Source: Carcharhinus longimanus (lineage: Eukaryota). Taken from it: 64,000 bases of DNA. This document shows, piece after piece, positions 36,556 through 48,624 of this stretch. A program made the translations under genes and the position numbers. Under the pieces are notes generated by a model. It had not been told where the DNA came from. It ran no database searches and was given only the letters and a program-made list of their open reading frames with translations. The stretch is from assembly GCA_030264375.1 (NCBI GenBank), contig JASCQW010000099.1, positions 49,225,740-49,289,739 on the forward strand, in the 5' to 3' direction. Each line of letters begins with the position of its first letter. Position 1 is the stretch's first letter.

Positions 36556-39015
36556 AATTCAGTTGAGGCATGCTGTCAAATTTATCATGTTCTGGCACAA
36601 TATAATTGATAACTATATTCAACTGTGCCTGACCAATGCACTTGGAGATTTCCCTACTTTTAAGTAAAGGCAAGCTCCCAAAACAATGCAGAATTAAAAC
36701 CAAGGGGAATTGGATATATATGGAGATGGAGCTCAACATGGATATCCATAAATGTGAAAAAAACTATTGTGAATAAAATTACTTACCTGATGCACACTTT
36801 TTTATATCCAAGGGGAAAAAAAAGGAATATTTTCTTAATGGTGAGGAATTAAAATGGTGTGGAGGAAAAAGGGGTTTTGATGAACATGTACATAAATTAC
36901 AAGAAGGTAGAAACAGTATTCTAAAAGACTCAAGGAATGTTGGCCTTTATCTCATGCCACTGGAACACAAAGGAAGGAGTGTGAGGGAGTTATGATTTAG
37001 TTATATATGAAAATGCCATTACATAAAACAGGAAAATGTATTTCAACTTTTATACATACTTAACAAATGACTACCCCCTCCATTCAGTCACCAAGGAAAT
37101 AAGACACTTACAACAGACAAAACACTTGCCTTTAATCTTAATTTTACCAGCAAACACACACAATGTTTGAAGTAGACACGCATATGCAGTGTAAATGAGA
37201 ATTGAAATCACATGCCCAACAACAGTGTCTATTCATTTTTTTTATTTAATAGTAAATTAAATTTACCTTATCTGGATTCTCAGTTAGCCATGTATGACCA
37301 GTGGCTGACCTATTGCACAAACACTGCTGCAATTAAATTTCCAGTTATCCACAAGCTCCAATTTCTTCCCAAAGATTTGCCAAGTAGGATCTTCTCTTGC
37401 ATCTTTAGCATTCCATTAAAACCCATGTTGAACTGTCTTGAACTTTGTTGACGTACTTCATGAGATCTTTTTCAAGAAAACATCAAAGTAATACATCTGG
37501 GACAGATATCTATATGACTGAACTGTGGTTATCACAACTTTTCTCCTTTAAAAATACAGTTATTACAACTCCTAATGATTCTGTAATTAGGAGTTACAAA
37601 ATCCTAATTCAATTTTCTTCTTTTCAACTCCACCTTTTCCTGAAATATTATTATTTGTAAACCATGACTCTGTGAAGATTTATATTCTTTCAGTGCTGGC
37701 TATGCTGCTTTCACTTTCCAGTATGTAATTACCAGCGTCATCTTACAAATTTCCTGGAAAATAAAATCTTTTTTCAGGNNNNNNNNNNCAATGATTCCTT
37801 CTGTAAATTCAGAAATTTTGGCTATCTGTTTTCCAGATAATCTGATTAACATTTTCACAACCCTACAACTCTGACGCTATTTACTCTGCATACACTCATA
37901 GGCCTCTTTGTATTTTCATTCCTTATTTTTGTCTCTTTAGCCAATTTTCTAAGAGACTTCAAACAGTCTTTTTGTCCTGCCTGTGTACCATTTGAGGACT
38001 TCCCTCTTTTTTTACTTTTATTTCTTACATCACTTCCTCATGTCTTTGACATTGGCTGAAATCTTATGGAGATGATGGATTCTGGGCCACCAGCCTGAGC
38101 CAGCATTGACTCCTGTGATGAAGGTCCATTTGTATCATGTGCCACATAGGCACTTAACTGGACAGCAGCACACCTCTTTTCCCCCCGCACAGGATCAAAG
38201 ACCCCAGGTGCAGAAGTCTTCACTGCTGAAAGCTGCTGGTCAATCAGACTGGCAGCTCTATGTTGAATGGCAGTGCCATTGGGAGGCAGTGGTTGCTGTT
38301 GGTATGACTCCACCTGTGGCCGAGATTCATTGCTGAATTCCAGGCAGGGGTGAGTGATGGTGGGAGGGAGGTTCTGAGGGAGGAGGAATCAGCAGCAGGG
38401 ATAGAGGGGTGGGTCTCAGTGTCTCTTCCCCTATCCCCTTCCTGGTGCTGGATCCCTTGATCAAGTAGTGAATGTCTTTAAACAAGAGACACGCCCTGGA
38501 GTTTACAGCAAACCTGCATAGGGTTACCTGTCATGCTTCTCACATGGCTGGACCCCTGTCTGATGCTGGATGAATCCTACTGGCCCTAGGCTAAGATTCT
38601 TGAGTTGGCTTTAGTTGGCCACTTAAAGATCTCAATTGATGGGCCTCCATAGGCCTTCTTGCCTTAGATTTAATTGGAATGGAAGGAGAAAGGAAGCAGG
38701 GTCATCACTTGCATAGTTTAGGGAGTTTTTTGGGGCACATTACCTGGAAAGTTAAAATTTATTAATGGAGAATAACATTCCAATTAAAATCTGAAAATTC
38801 TGAATGTGAAAACTTCAATTTCATGTGCTAGCAGCTTGATATTTTCTGTAAAATCTCAAGGTAAATTCACAATTAAATAGAGAAAAACATAAAAGCAGGG
38901 ATATGTTTTATATTGCTTTGTGTAGTTATTGCACTGAAAATGTATGTTTTTTTTAGTTATAACTGGCCACAGCTAAATAATAGACAAATTGCTAAATGTG
39001 ATATCTTACCCCTAG

Positions 39016-39213
39016 GAGTCAGAAAAACTGGAATCCCTGAACGCGGAGCTGAAAGCACAAATAGAAGAATTGAAAAATGAGAAACAGCAGCTGATTTACA
39101 TGCTGAACTTGCACAGGCCCACATGTATAGTCCGGGCTCAGAATGGAACGACTCCAGAGGAGGAGAAAAACCTTTTCATCCAACAGATCAAGGAAGGAAC
39201 ACTGCAGAACTAA
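39016..39213 (+). CDS. ATF3: ATF3 coding exon 3 (leucine zipper and C-terminus)
   Basis: ESEKLESLNAELKAQIEELKNEKQQLIYMLNLHRPTCIVRAQNGTTPEEEKNLFIQQIKEGTLQN*; acceptor tcttacccctag; TAA 39211-39213; full protein 77+36+65 = 178 aa. Confidence 0.97.
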   Translation, partial: ESEKLESLNAELKAQIEELKNEKQQLIYMLNLHRPTCIVRAQNGTTPEEEKNLFIQQIKEGTLQN

Positions 39214-39805
39214 ATCATAAAGGAAGTGAATCATGGAGCCACAGAGTCCATCTCCCAGGAGGCATCAAGAACGGAAATAGCTCTATGTTAGCATGGTACT
39301 AACTTGCTAGGGGGAAAAAAACTGTTCATCATTCAGAAGAGTTTGCACTTTCAGCATAATGGATACCTTCTGTTTCACTAACTGTTGAACCTCGACAAGT
39401 GCTGCCTTAAAACCGCATACAAACAGGGGGAAAAACACACATACACGTTTGCTCTCTGCCTTGACATTAGGCCGCACATTTTTTTACTATTGACGCCGGC
39501 GTCATGCCTTTTTATTGTCTTTAATTGCTGTTGCTATACCAGCATGCCAGCCGTGTTTATGGTATTGTTACTTTGAGACAGTGTGACACTTATAATTTGT
39601 AGCTTTTTATTCAGGTCTGTAGCGTTTACGCCAACTGTTTAGGATATCGTTGCAAGCGTGTTACATTAGTTTTGGAAGGAAAAGCAATGTTACCACAAAA
39701 TCTAAGCATGTATGTAAAGTACTAAAGAAATTTTAATGGAGTGTTCTAATATAACATTTTTTTTCTACACTGTGATAGTTAAGGTGTGCATTTGATACAT
39801 TTAAT

Positions 39806-39811
39806 AATAAA
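39806..39811 (+). terminator. ATF3: Probable ATF3 polyadenylation signal
   Basis: First AATAAA I found after the stop (~600 nt AU-rich 3'UTR), followed by T/GT-rich sequence. Confidence 0.65.
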
Positions 39812-39891
39812 AATATTGTCATATCTTTGGTCAATTTTTATAGCTGATATTTCTTGATTTGTTATATTTTGAAGGAATAATAGATGTAATT

Positions 39892-40212
39892 ATGATTACA
39901 TGATCTCAGAATCCTTGCAGTGCAGAAAGAGGCCATTCAGCCCATCAAGTCTACACTGACCACAATCTCTCCCAGGCCCTATCCCCATAACCCCATGCAT
40001 TTACCCTAACTAGTCCCCCTGACCTCAAGGGACAATTTAGCATGGCTAACCCGCACATCTTTGGATGGTGGGGGGGAAACCGAAGCACCCAGAGGAAACC
40101 CACACAGACACTGGGAGAATGTGCAGACTCCCACAGTGACCCAAGCCAGGAATCGAACTTGGGTCCCTAGCGCTGAGGCAGCAGTGCTAACCACTCTGGC
40201 ACCATGCCGCCC
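39892..40212 (-). mobile_element. HE1 V-SINE, tail type A
   Basis: agaatccttgcagtgcagaaagaggccattcagccc...gcagtgctaaccactctggcaccatgccgccc. Confidence 0.9.
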
Positions 40213-40394
40213 TTTTTTTTTTGAGTTGTAATCCATTATAACTGTATATAGGTTCTTTTGTCAAATTTATGTACAATTGATTCCACCCAGGTTTTGTCTT
40301 TGAATTTTATTCTTCAGTTATTCCACATTCAATCTTCCATATTTCTAGTAATCCAAAGTGGGAGAATGAACCTCAAACTTTTTCTAAAAATTAT

Positions 40395-40740
40395 TTTTTT
40401 ATGGGATGTGGGCAGTGGGCATCGCTGACTGGGCCAGAATTTATTGCCCATCTTGAACTATCATCCATTTCAGAGGACACTTGAGAATCAATTATGTTGC
40501 AGTGGGTCTGGAGTCACAAGTAGGCCTGACTGGGTAAGGACAGTAAACTTCCCTAACTCTCATTAGTGAGCTGCATGTTGTGACCATCAACAATGGTTTC
40601 GTGCTCATTAGACTTTTAATTCCAATTTTTATTGGATTCAGATTTCACCATTGCCTTGGTGGAATTCAAACCTGGATCCCCAGAGCATAACCTTGGATCT
40701 CTGGAATGCTAATCCAGTGATATTTCCACTGTGCCACTAC
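40395..40740 (-). mobile_element. tRNA-derived SINE of another family (same as 62292-62625)
   Basis: Minus-strand head gtggcacagtggaaatatcactggattagc...gggatccaggtttgaattccacc; tail gatgggcaataaattctggcc...cccacatcccat. Confidence 0.7.
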
Positions 40741-41528
40741 CTGTTCTTGCATAATTCCCAGAAGAACAATACATAATAACTGTTTCAAAGGTTGACCGCC
40801 AGCTCTCGTGCTAATGAACAACGAAGCTGACTACAAATATGTTAGTTTAGTAAGAGGGTCAAAATGGTTGCTCACGTGAAAGAAAAAGACGTTTGATTGA
40901 ATGTAATCATTTGTTACTGAAGGAATGGGATGTGGAAGTGCACAAGGGAGCATATTTCTATGCCAACCTGTTTAACTATTGGCATTACATGTGGTTATAA
41001 TATTTCCCTTTAGGGCCCTCAGCTCCAACCCCTGGTCTGAAAGCACCCAATCGATGGAGGCCTGCCACTTGCATTATTGGGTCAGATGGCCTGCAGCCTT
41101 TCAAGAAGCCTGATGGAAAAGCAATGTGCTTATTATAATATGTAAATAAGCAGCTTAATGTTGATTGTAGGATGCTTTTGTAAAATTGGTATGCTGCAAA
41201 CTTGTTTCAACATCTTGTCTTGCCAGCAAGTTATGACGTTAACCCACAGGGAAGGAGCCTGCAGGAATGCTGTTCAAAGGAACCATGATCGCCATTCAGG
41301 TAAATTGTTGCTTTGTCCTGTTGGATTACAAATGGATTTTTGGGCTTTTTTTTTTGATGACTCTGTCTACCAGAGAATGGACTCCCGGGTTCTCCAAGCA
41401 GCCTTTTGGAAATACAAGAGTGGTTATCTTCCTCATGATATTATGTGCCTCAAGTGCTCTGTTTGTTTGCTCTGAGAGCTGGAGAAGACCAGCAGAGTAG
41501 CACCAAAGAAAACCCCTTGAGCAGGAGC

Positions 41529-41831
41529 AGCATAGAGAAGGGGGAGGAGGAAGGAGATGTGCATTTTGTTAGACACCAGTTTTCTTATTTCAACCTGATG
41601 GGGGTGAGCTGCCTATGAGGCTGTGACCGAGTTTAATCACTTGCTGCAGCCCCATTTGAAACCTCAAAGCAGGGCATAGGCAGCACTCTTTGTGGCTGAG
41701 AAGGTAGCTTTGGCCCTTTAAATGCTACATGACGGAGTCCTTTCAGACTGAAACAGGGGAGATCTGCAATATCCCTTGCTTTGTTGTCCACTGGGACAGT
41801 CTATTCCAAGACAGTGAACCTTGTCTCTTTC
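41529..41831 (-). repeat. Right arm of ~300 bp inverted repeat (partner 36258-36555)
   Basis: See left arm. Confidence 0.95.
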
Positions 41832-41993
41832 CTGAAGGATGAAGTGAAACAGGGTGTGAGCAGCAGGCTTTATACAGATTGCAGTGTTCTCAAGTGGGTG
41901 CAGGTGTTTCCCATGTGGAGGTATCCATGTGAATAGGAAGTAAAATCACTGTTTCAGTGTCCAGGAAATTTGCCACAGCAAATAGCAGATATA

Positions 41994-42245
41994 GGGCGGC
42001 ACAGTGATTAGCGCTGCTGCCTCACAGTGTCAGGCACCCAGGTTCAATTCTGGCCTTGGGTGTCTGTGTGGAGTTTACTCGTGACTGCATGGGTTTCCTC
42101 TAGGTTGATTGGCCATGCTAAGTTAGCCCGGGGGATTAGCAGGGTAAATACATAGGGTTGTGGGAATAGGGCCTGTTGGGGGATTGTAGTTGGTGCAGGT
42201 CTGATGGGCTGAATGGCTTCCTTCTGCACTCTAGGGATTCTGTGA
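41994..42245 (+). mobile_element. HE1 V-SINE, tail type A, internally deleted
   Basis: gggcggcacagtgattagcgctgctgcctcacag...cttctgcactctagggattctgtga. Confidence 0.85.
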
Positions 42246-44175
42246 CGATGCATGCTTATGCCCAGCTTCTTGGCAGCAGCCATCATGCCTCCATCTTGCA
42301 TCAGTCTTCTATTCCAGCTGGCTACTTGACAACATAAGGCCCATGACTAATGTCAGGCTGATCTGGCTTAGACTGAAAACCATGACGCCACAAGGTATGC
42401 TGCATGCTATGTAATCTTTCTCTCTGGAGAGGCCAGTCCATATCACCACAGAGGTAAGATGAAGTGGAGCAGGAGGATCAGCTTTATCCTTCAGTTGTCT
42501 GAAATCAGACAACTAAGAGAAGAACATTTCAATTTAATCATTGCCAATGCACCTACAGTCCCACACTCCTAACAACCACTATTTGAATGCCTGTGTACAA
42601 TCCAATTTCAGGGCTCTTTGGATAACGAAGAATACAAAAAACAAACTCCAATTTCCCCCAACATTGTTTTATACTAATATAATTCACCATTCTTCATTTG
42701 AGAATTAATAATATTGAACATAAACTAAGAATCGCCTTTGTACAAAACTCTAGTACTTATCTTGTGGGTTTCTTTAGCTATTCTATTGCTCATTTGGCAT
42801 AAATCCTCAGTAGCTACAGCCTGGGAATGATAGGTTACTGAACTTTTAGTGAATACATGTGTGTGACCTTGAGCTGTTCTGTCCTTCGTCAGACTGCAGA
42901 ATCTTGGCATGAGATTAACCATTCTGACTCTTCCTAGCAACCTCCTTGACAAGGGTCTCCAATGCTGCATCCAGGAATCTGATAGCCTTTGCTTCTGAAG
43001 TTCACATACATTCCCCATTCTCAAATAGCGAGGCAATCTATGAGCAGCATTGGTAATACTGGTTACATCTCTTGATTTTCTTCCCACTCCTAAAGCCACA
43101 TGAAGCACATGCTTTCATATGTTTTATAGCTCATTGTTTCCCCTGGAAAAGTTATTAACCAGAAACCTGAGGTTGAGGGATCACATCAGGCATAGCTTAC
43201 CAGGATTATCATGTCACCCGGCATTGGCATATCAGAAGGATTTGCAGGTTGATTATTTGGCCATATTACAAATACACCTTCCAGAGTCATCAAGTCCTGA
43301 AGTGGGACTTGAGCCCAAAGCTTCTGGTTCAGAGATAGGGACACTACTCACTGTTCCATAAGGTCTCAGTGCTGGTTATATCACCTGTTTCTATGGGAGT
43401 ACCAATATTTGGTAGCCTATGTGACCATGTGTATGACCATACTGCCCATAACTCTCCCTTTTATTTGGATGTGATCAAATTTATAGGCTCTCCTTCCACT
43501 TCCCCACAGGTATTGGCTGCCACTCAGGAAGTTAATACAGACATGCACGGATTTGTAGGCACAATTTTCCTTTTCAAACTTGCTCAGTCATTTTTACAAA
43601 TATTTCTGATTCTGCAGTTAGCTTACTGCTCTTTTAAACAGAGATCATTATTACAGCAGAGCTGCCATTGGTCGTTTACCTTATCACTCAAGTCAGCAAA
43701 ATTGCACACTTCTAAAATACTTGTAGCCATAATTTTGAGCACTTACACATAATGATGAAAAAAATTTATATAAAGTNNNNNNNNNNTAGATATTGTATTA
43801 AAAATAATGTGAAAGTCAAAAGCAATTGATATTTTACTAGCTACCAGCATTGCATTGCTGATAAAAACTATTTGAAAAAAAATTAAGTTCACATGTAATT
43901 CTTGTTTCTTTTCTTAATGTCCCCCCCATCCTCCTCCCCCTTTTGCAAGCAAAATTTAACTATGGGCTGCAATGTTGTCATTTAAGAAATTCACAGCAGA
44001 CCAAGAAAATCGCTCCTACAATCTCTTGTAAATAGATGGTTCTGAGAGAATGAATTGAGGAAGTACATTCACTAGATGGTGCTATATGTCTGTCTTGGCT
44101 AAACGTGGTGTAGCTTGCATGATAACAATGAGGAAGACACGATATATTATAAGGAAATATTCATAATGCCTACAT

Positions 44176-44334
44176 GATGTGTGGGTTAGGTTGATAGGCC
44201 ATGATAATTTGACCCAAGTGTCAAAGGGATTAGTAGGGTAAATATGTAAGTTGCGGGAGTAGGGCCTGGGTGGGATTGTGGTCAGTGCAGATTCGATGGG
44301 CTGGATGGCCTCCTTCTGCACTGTAGCGATTCTA
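44176..44334 (+). mobile_element. HE1 V-SINE 3' half
   Basis: gatgtgtgggttaggttgataggccatg...ctccttctgcactgtagcgattcta. Confidence 0.8.
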
Positions 44335-44898
44335 CAAGAAAGATCTCCAGAAGAAGAGAGAGGCAACTGTTGAGATTTAAGCACCAACTGGAAAACTTTA
44401 AAACTGTGTGTGCCTTGTATTCAACTTTTCATGGGAAGTTAGATGTTATTGACTCGTGACCAATGCTCACATTTTAGATTGGAGATATGCACTATCATGC
44501 CATTGCTCTGTAAGTTGATTTTGATCTTATAGTTATAGACAGGATAATCAAATTATTCAAAGAACTTAATTTAAGATTGAGAGTCTGTTTTCTAATTGAC
44601 ATATTTATGGGATTCATTCCAATTGATAGCCTGCTGTCCATACAAAACAAATTCTATGAAATTTATGTGATCCAATTTATGTTCTTTTCTTTCTTAAAGA
44701 GCCATTTAAGTAAGTGATCTCACTGGGGTATATTCAGAAAATGTTGTGTCTCACTTGAGTATCATCAAGCAGTATATCTGAGAATTGAATAGAATAACCT
44801 CTCAGGAACGTAAGTCAAGAAGAAAAAAACATAATTCATATCATTTATTTTGCTGTTTGAGTACATGTGCAGGACCTTCTCAGATATTCTCTTTCTCC

Positions 44899-45211
44899 GG
44901 GCAGCACGGTGGTACACTTTGTTGGCATTGCTGCCTCACAGCGCCAGGGACTCGGGTTCAATTCCGGCCTCGGGTCACTGTCTGTGTAGAATTTGTACAT
45001 TCTCCCCATGTCTGGTGTGTTTCCTCCAAGTGCTCTGGCTTCCTCCCACTGTCCAAAGATGTGCGGGTTAGGTTTATTGGTCATGCTAAATTGACCTGAG
45101 TATCGGAGGGATTAGCGGAGTTATGGGAATAGGCCATGTGTGGGATTGTGGTTGGTGCAGACTTGATGGGCTGAATGTCCTCCTTCTGCACTATAAGGAT
45201 TCTATGATTCT
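44899..45211 (+). mobile_element. HE1 V-SINE, tail type A, full length
   Basis: gggcagcacggtggtacac...ctccttctgcactataaggattctatgattct. Confidence 0.9.
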
Positions 45212-45529
45212 CCCACTTATCTTAAATGCCTGAATGGCATTCCTACGTTGTATCTCTGGGTGAAATGTAATGCTTCATCGACCCCCACCCTGGAGGCTAA
45301 TTCGGAGGCAGTGAAAGATGCTGCTGTTTGATCGGACAGGAAGGGTGGGAATCATAAGAACATAACATAAGAACATAAGAAATAGGAGCAGGAGTAGGCC
45401 ATCTAGCCCTTCGAGCCTGCCCCGCCATTNNNNNNNNNNNNNNNNNNNNNNNNNNNNNNNNNNNNNNNNNNNNNNNNNNNNNNNNNNNNNNNNNNNNNNN
45501 NNNNNNNNNNNNNNNNNNNNNNNNNNNNN

Positions 45530-45785
45530 CTGTGTAGAGTTTGTATATTTTCCCCGTGTCTGCATGGGTTTCCTCCGGGTGCTCTGGTTTCTTCCCACAC
45601 TCCAAAAATGTGCAGGTTCGGTGCATTGGCCATCCTAAATTGTCCCTTAATGTCCCAAGATATGTAGGTTAGGTGAATTAGGGATAAATGCGAAACATTA
45701 CGGGGATAGAGTCTGGGTGGAATGCTCTGTTGGAGTGTTGGTACAGACTCGATGGTCTCCTTTTGCACTGTTGGGATTGTACGAT
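45530..45785 (+). mobile_element. HE1 V-SINE, head lost in gap
   Basis: tgtgtagagtttgtatattttccccgtgtctgcatgggtttcctccgggtgc...ttgcactgttgggattgtacgat. Confidence 0.8.
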
Positions 45786-46884
45786 AAATATATTTTTCTA
45801 AACAAACTCTTTAAAAAACGTTACAAATAGTTGTTGTTGAAAGCAACTTCTTGTATTTGCCTTTAACAAAATGTCCCAAGACACTTCACAGAAGCATTAT
45901 AAAACAATATATGAAATCTGGGCCACGTGGAGAGATATTTGGTCAGATGATGCAAAGTTTGGTTTAAGGTATGATTTAGGGAATGGAGTGAGGAAATCTG
46001 ATACTGCTTCCTGATGCTCCAGGTTGTGCTGTGGGAGGACTAAAACCCCCAGTATTCCCGTAGTTCTGGTGCAAGTGCAGAGTGCAGCACAGGGAGAGGC
46101 CATTCATGTTCAATTCCAGGTCCCATTTGATGACTGGGGAAATAGTGTGAAATGTTTGTTCATGTGATCCTCTGTGTGGTGTGAAACGATGACCACGCAA
46201 CCTGTATGTGGCATGAAATGGAGCCCATGTGATAGTTAGTTTGGCGTGGAAGAGGAGGCAGCTTAAGTGATGTTGTTAGCTCTCTGCAACTGGGGCTCAG
46301 AGGAACTTATGGTGGACTCGAGCTCAGAGAGGTCCGGGACCAGGTGATAACTCCGTGCTGCGAGGGATTGGGATTCAGAGGAGCCCAAGGAGAATTGTCA
46401 GCTCCATGAAACTGAAGTGAAATTGTCTCCTCTATGAAGCTGGTGGTTGGGGACCAATAGAAGCAAGTGGTGAGCAATGATGGTCTGGGGTCATTAAGTG
46501 GTTACATGGTCGGGTGCAGGGTGGTCAACCCAACGGGATGCAGTTTTAGATGAAGTGATTTGAGTGGCTGGGAGGTGCGTAATAGTTGGGGCAGTCTGAG
46601 CTGGAATCCAATTGCTGGACAACTTGTTGTAGATAGAGGAAGCAAAAGAGGTTCTAGGCTGTAGTTTGAGCAGTTATTGAGGGAAATTAGGGGCTATATC
46701 CTCAAAAGAGAGGAGCTGAAATCTCCTTTGTGAAGAAGGAGAGTTTCAAAGAGGTCTTGTGGCACACAATGATCACTAACATCTAGATAAGGTGCTGAAA
46801 AAATCATGGGATTTGTTTAGGTTTTGTCTGCCATTTGTGGGTCATGTTTGACAAATGTTAATTTGTCAATTCGTCTTTACTTCA

Positions 46885-47250
46885 TTTTAGTTTTGATTTA
46901 TTAGGATACAGTGAAAAGTATTGTTTCTTGCACACTATACAGACAAAACATACCATTCATAGAGTACATAGGGGAGAAGGGGAAAGGATGTTGAATATAG
47001 TGTTGCAGTTGCAGATAGGATGTGAAGAAAGATCAGCTTAATATATATTAGGTCCATTCAAAAGTCTGATGGCAGCAGGGGGGACACAGTTCTGGAGTTG
47101 ATTGGTATGTGTTCTCAGACTTTTGTATTGTTTTCCTGATGGAAGAAAGTGAGAAAAGTATCTCCGGGATGCATGGGGTCCTTGATTATGCTGGTTGCTT
47201 TTCCAAGATGGTAGTAAGTGTAGATGGAGTCAATGGATGGAATTCTGGAC
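46885..47250 (-). mobile_element. Rex1 3' end fragment
   Basis: Reverse of the 13400-13740 3' region (tacagtgaaaagtattgtttcttgc...ggggtccttgattatgctggttgctttt). Confidence 0.75.
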
Positions 47251-47589
47251 GTTATATTGACTGTTTGCTTTGTTGACTCTTGTTCAGTAAAATTATTCTG
47301 TCCATTTTAAAATGTTGTGTCTTGTGGTTTTATTCTTAGTAAATATCTATGATTTCAAATTCCATCCACTTTATAACAAAATTTACTGATCCCTAATCAG
47401 ATTGTTATAGTGTCTTAAAGGAGGAAAGAGTTTGAGAGGGATAGAGATTGGGGCGAGGTGGGTAATTTTCACATGAATTTTTTTTCACTGTGCAATTTTA
47501 ACATGAGTTGCAATGGAAGGCACAATTTTAACTCCAATCATCTCTACATCGAAACTTTGAACGGTTGTTTGGAAGAGTTTTCATGATCC

Positions 47590-47850
47590 CCGGCTGGGAG
47601 GAGGGGGCGGGGCCAACAGCCTGCTGCACAGAGGGTCCGGAGCCGACTGACTGTCAATCATCGAAGGGGGCGGGATCGGGAGACTGTCAGTCACCAGAGG
47701 GGGCGTGACCTGGTGCCTGTCAATCACCAGCGCGGCAGAGGGAGCGTGGCCGGCTGACCGTTAAACATCAGAAGGGGCGGGGTCGCCTGGCTGTCAATCA
47801 GCGGCTGCAAAGGCTGTCGGGAGACGGGCCTAGTGGGACGCTAGCGCAGC
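47590..47850 (+). promoter_or_regulatory. CpG-rich TATA-less promoter with alternating GC boxes and PBX/MEIS(PREP) decamers
   Basis: CTGTCAATCA at 47651, 47717, 47791 and CTGTCAGTCA at 47684 (reverse TGA[T/C]TGACAG); GGGGCGGG or GGGGCGTG boxes near 47604, 47667, 47700, 47774. Confidence 0.8.
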
Positions 47851-47996
47851 GCACAGACAGAGAGAAGAGAGAAAAAAGTGATTAAAGAGATAGATAGAGA
47901 GAACCGATCGATCGGGTTTGTGAGAGAAAGAGAGCGAAAGAAAAAGAGAGAGACTCCACAGAAAGAGAGCACAGCCTCCCTCGGGGACCCTCCATC

Positions 47997-48112
47997 ATGT
48001 CCACCTCCGTGGTGCAGGTCACTAACATCTCCCCGGTGGCCAGTAGTGAGCAGCTGACCACCCTCTTCAGCTTCCTGGGAGAGATCGACGAATTCCGCGT
48101 CTTCCCTTCCGA
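47997..48112 (+). CDS. First coding exon of an SRSF11/SREK1-family SR splicing factor (start of RRM)
   Basis: MSTSVVQVTNISPVASSEQLTTLFSFLGEIDEFRVFPS(D/E) compares with SRSF11 VIQVTNVSPSASSEQMRTLFGFLGKIDELRLFPPD and SREK1 TSVIQVTNLSSAVTSEQMRTLFSFLGEIEELRLYPPD; ends at phase-2 donor GA|GTAAGT; GC-rich third positions. No exon 2 recognised before 64000. Orthology unresolved, so no symbol. Confidence 0.9.
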
Positions 48113-48236
48113 GTAAGTGATCGGGCTTTCGGCCGGAGGGCCGGCCGAGCGGGCGGGTGGCGGGCTGCGGTTTGGGACCAGAGTGGTGGCCGATGCGCTT
48201 TCTCTCAGCCGCTCCCCCTCCCCCCGTGCCAGCGCT

Positions 48237-48247
48237 GCCGCCATTTT
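48237..48247 (+). promoter_or_regulatory. YY1 site at start of intron 1
   Basis: GCCGCCATTTT matches the CCGCCATNTT consensus inside the CpG island. Confidence 0.6.
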
Positions 48248-48433
48248 ATGCCAAGCGTTGCGCAGCTTCTGCTGTTGGCGCCGAGCGCCCACCCCTGCCA
48301 TCCTCACACCCCTGCCATCCTCACACTCCCAGCAAGCAAAGCCACAGGTCAGGCCGGGAGGCAGTTGTAGTTAGTTCACTGGGCACGGAGGAAAACTGAT
48401 CCACAGGTTCGCCTTGTCCAGCCTATCCCACCT

Positions 48434-48620
48434 TTGATTTGATTTATTATTGTCACATGTGTTAGCATATAGTGAAAAGTATTATTTCTTGTGCACTGTA
48501 CGGACAAAGCATACCGTTCCTAAAGAAGGAAAGGAGAAGGTGCAAAATGTAGTGTAACAGCCATAGCAAGGGTGTAGAGAAAAATCAGCTTAACATGAAG
48601 CAGGTCTGTTCAAAAGTCTG
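48434..48620 (-). mobile_element. Rex1 3' end fragment
   Basis: ttgatttgatttattattgtcacatgtg...ttcaaaagtctg. Confidence 0.8.
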
Positions 48621-48624
48621 GCGC

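Noticed and set aside
47651-47800. Regularly spaced short repeats with variable spacers, superficially CRISPR-like
   Set aside because: Vertebrate DNA, 10 bp repeats that match a known transcription-factor motif, related spacers, no cas genes.
47882-48399. ORFs of 141 aa (-) and 80-85 aa (+) over the CpG island
   Set aside because: Antisense shadow of the real exon and GC-rich stop-poor sequence; no recognisable protein.
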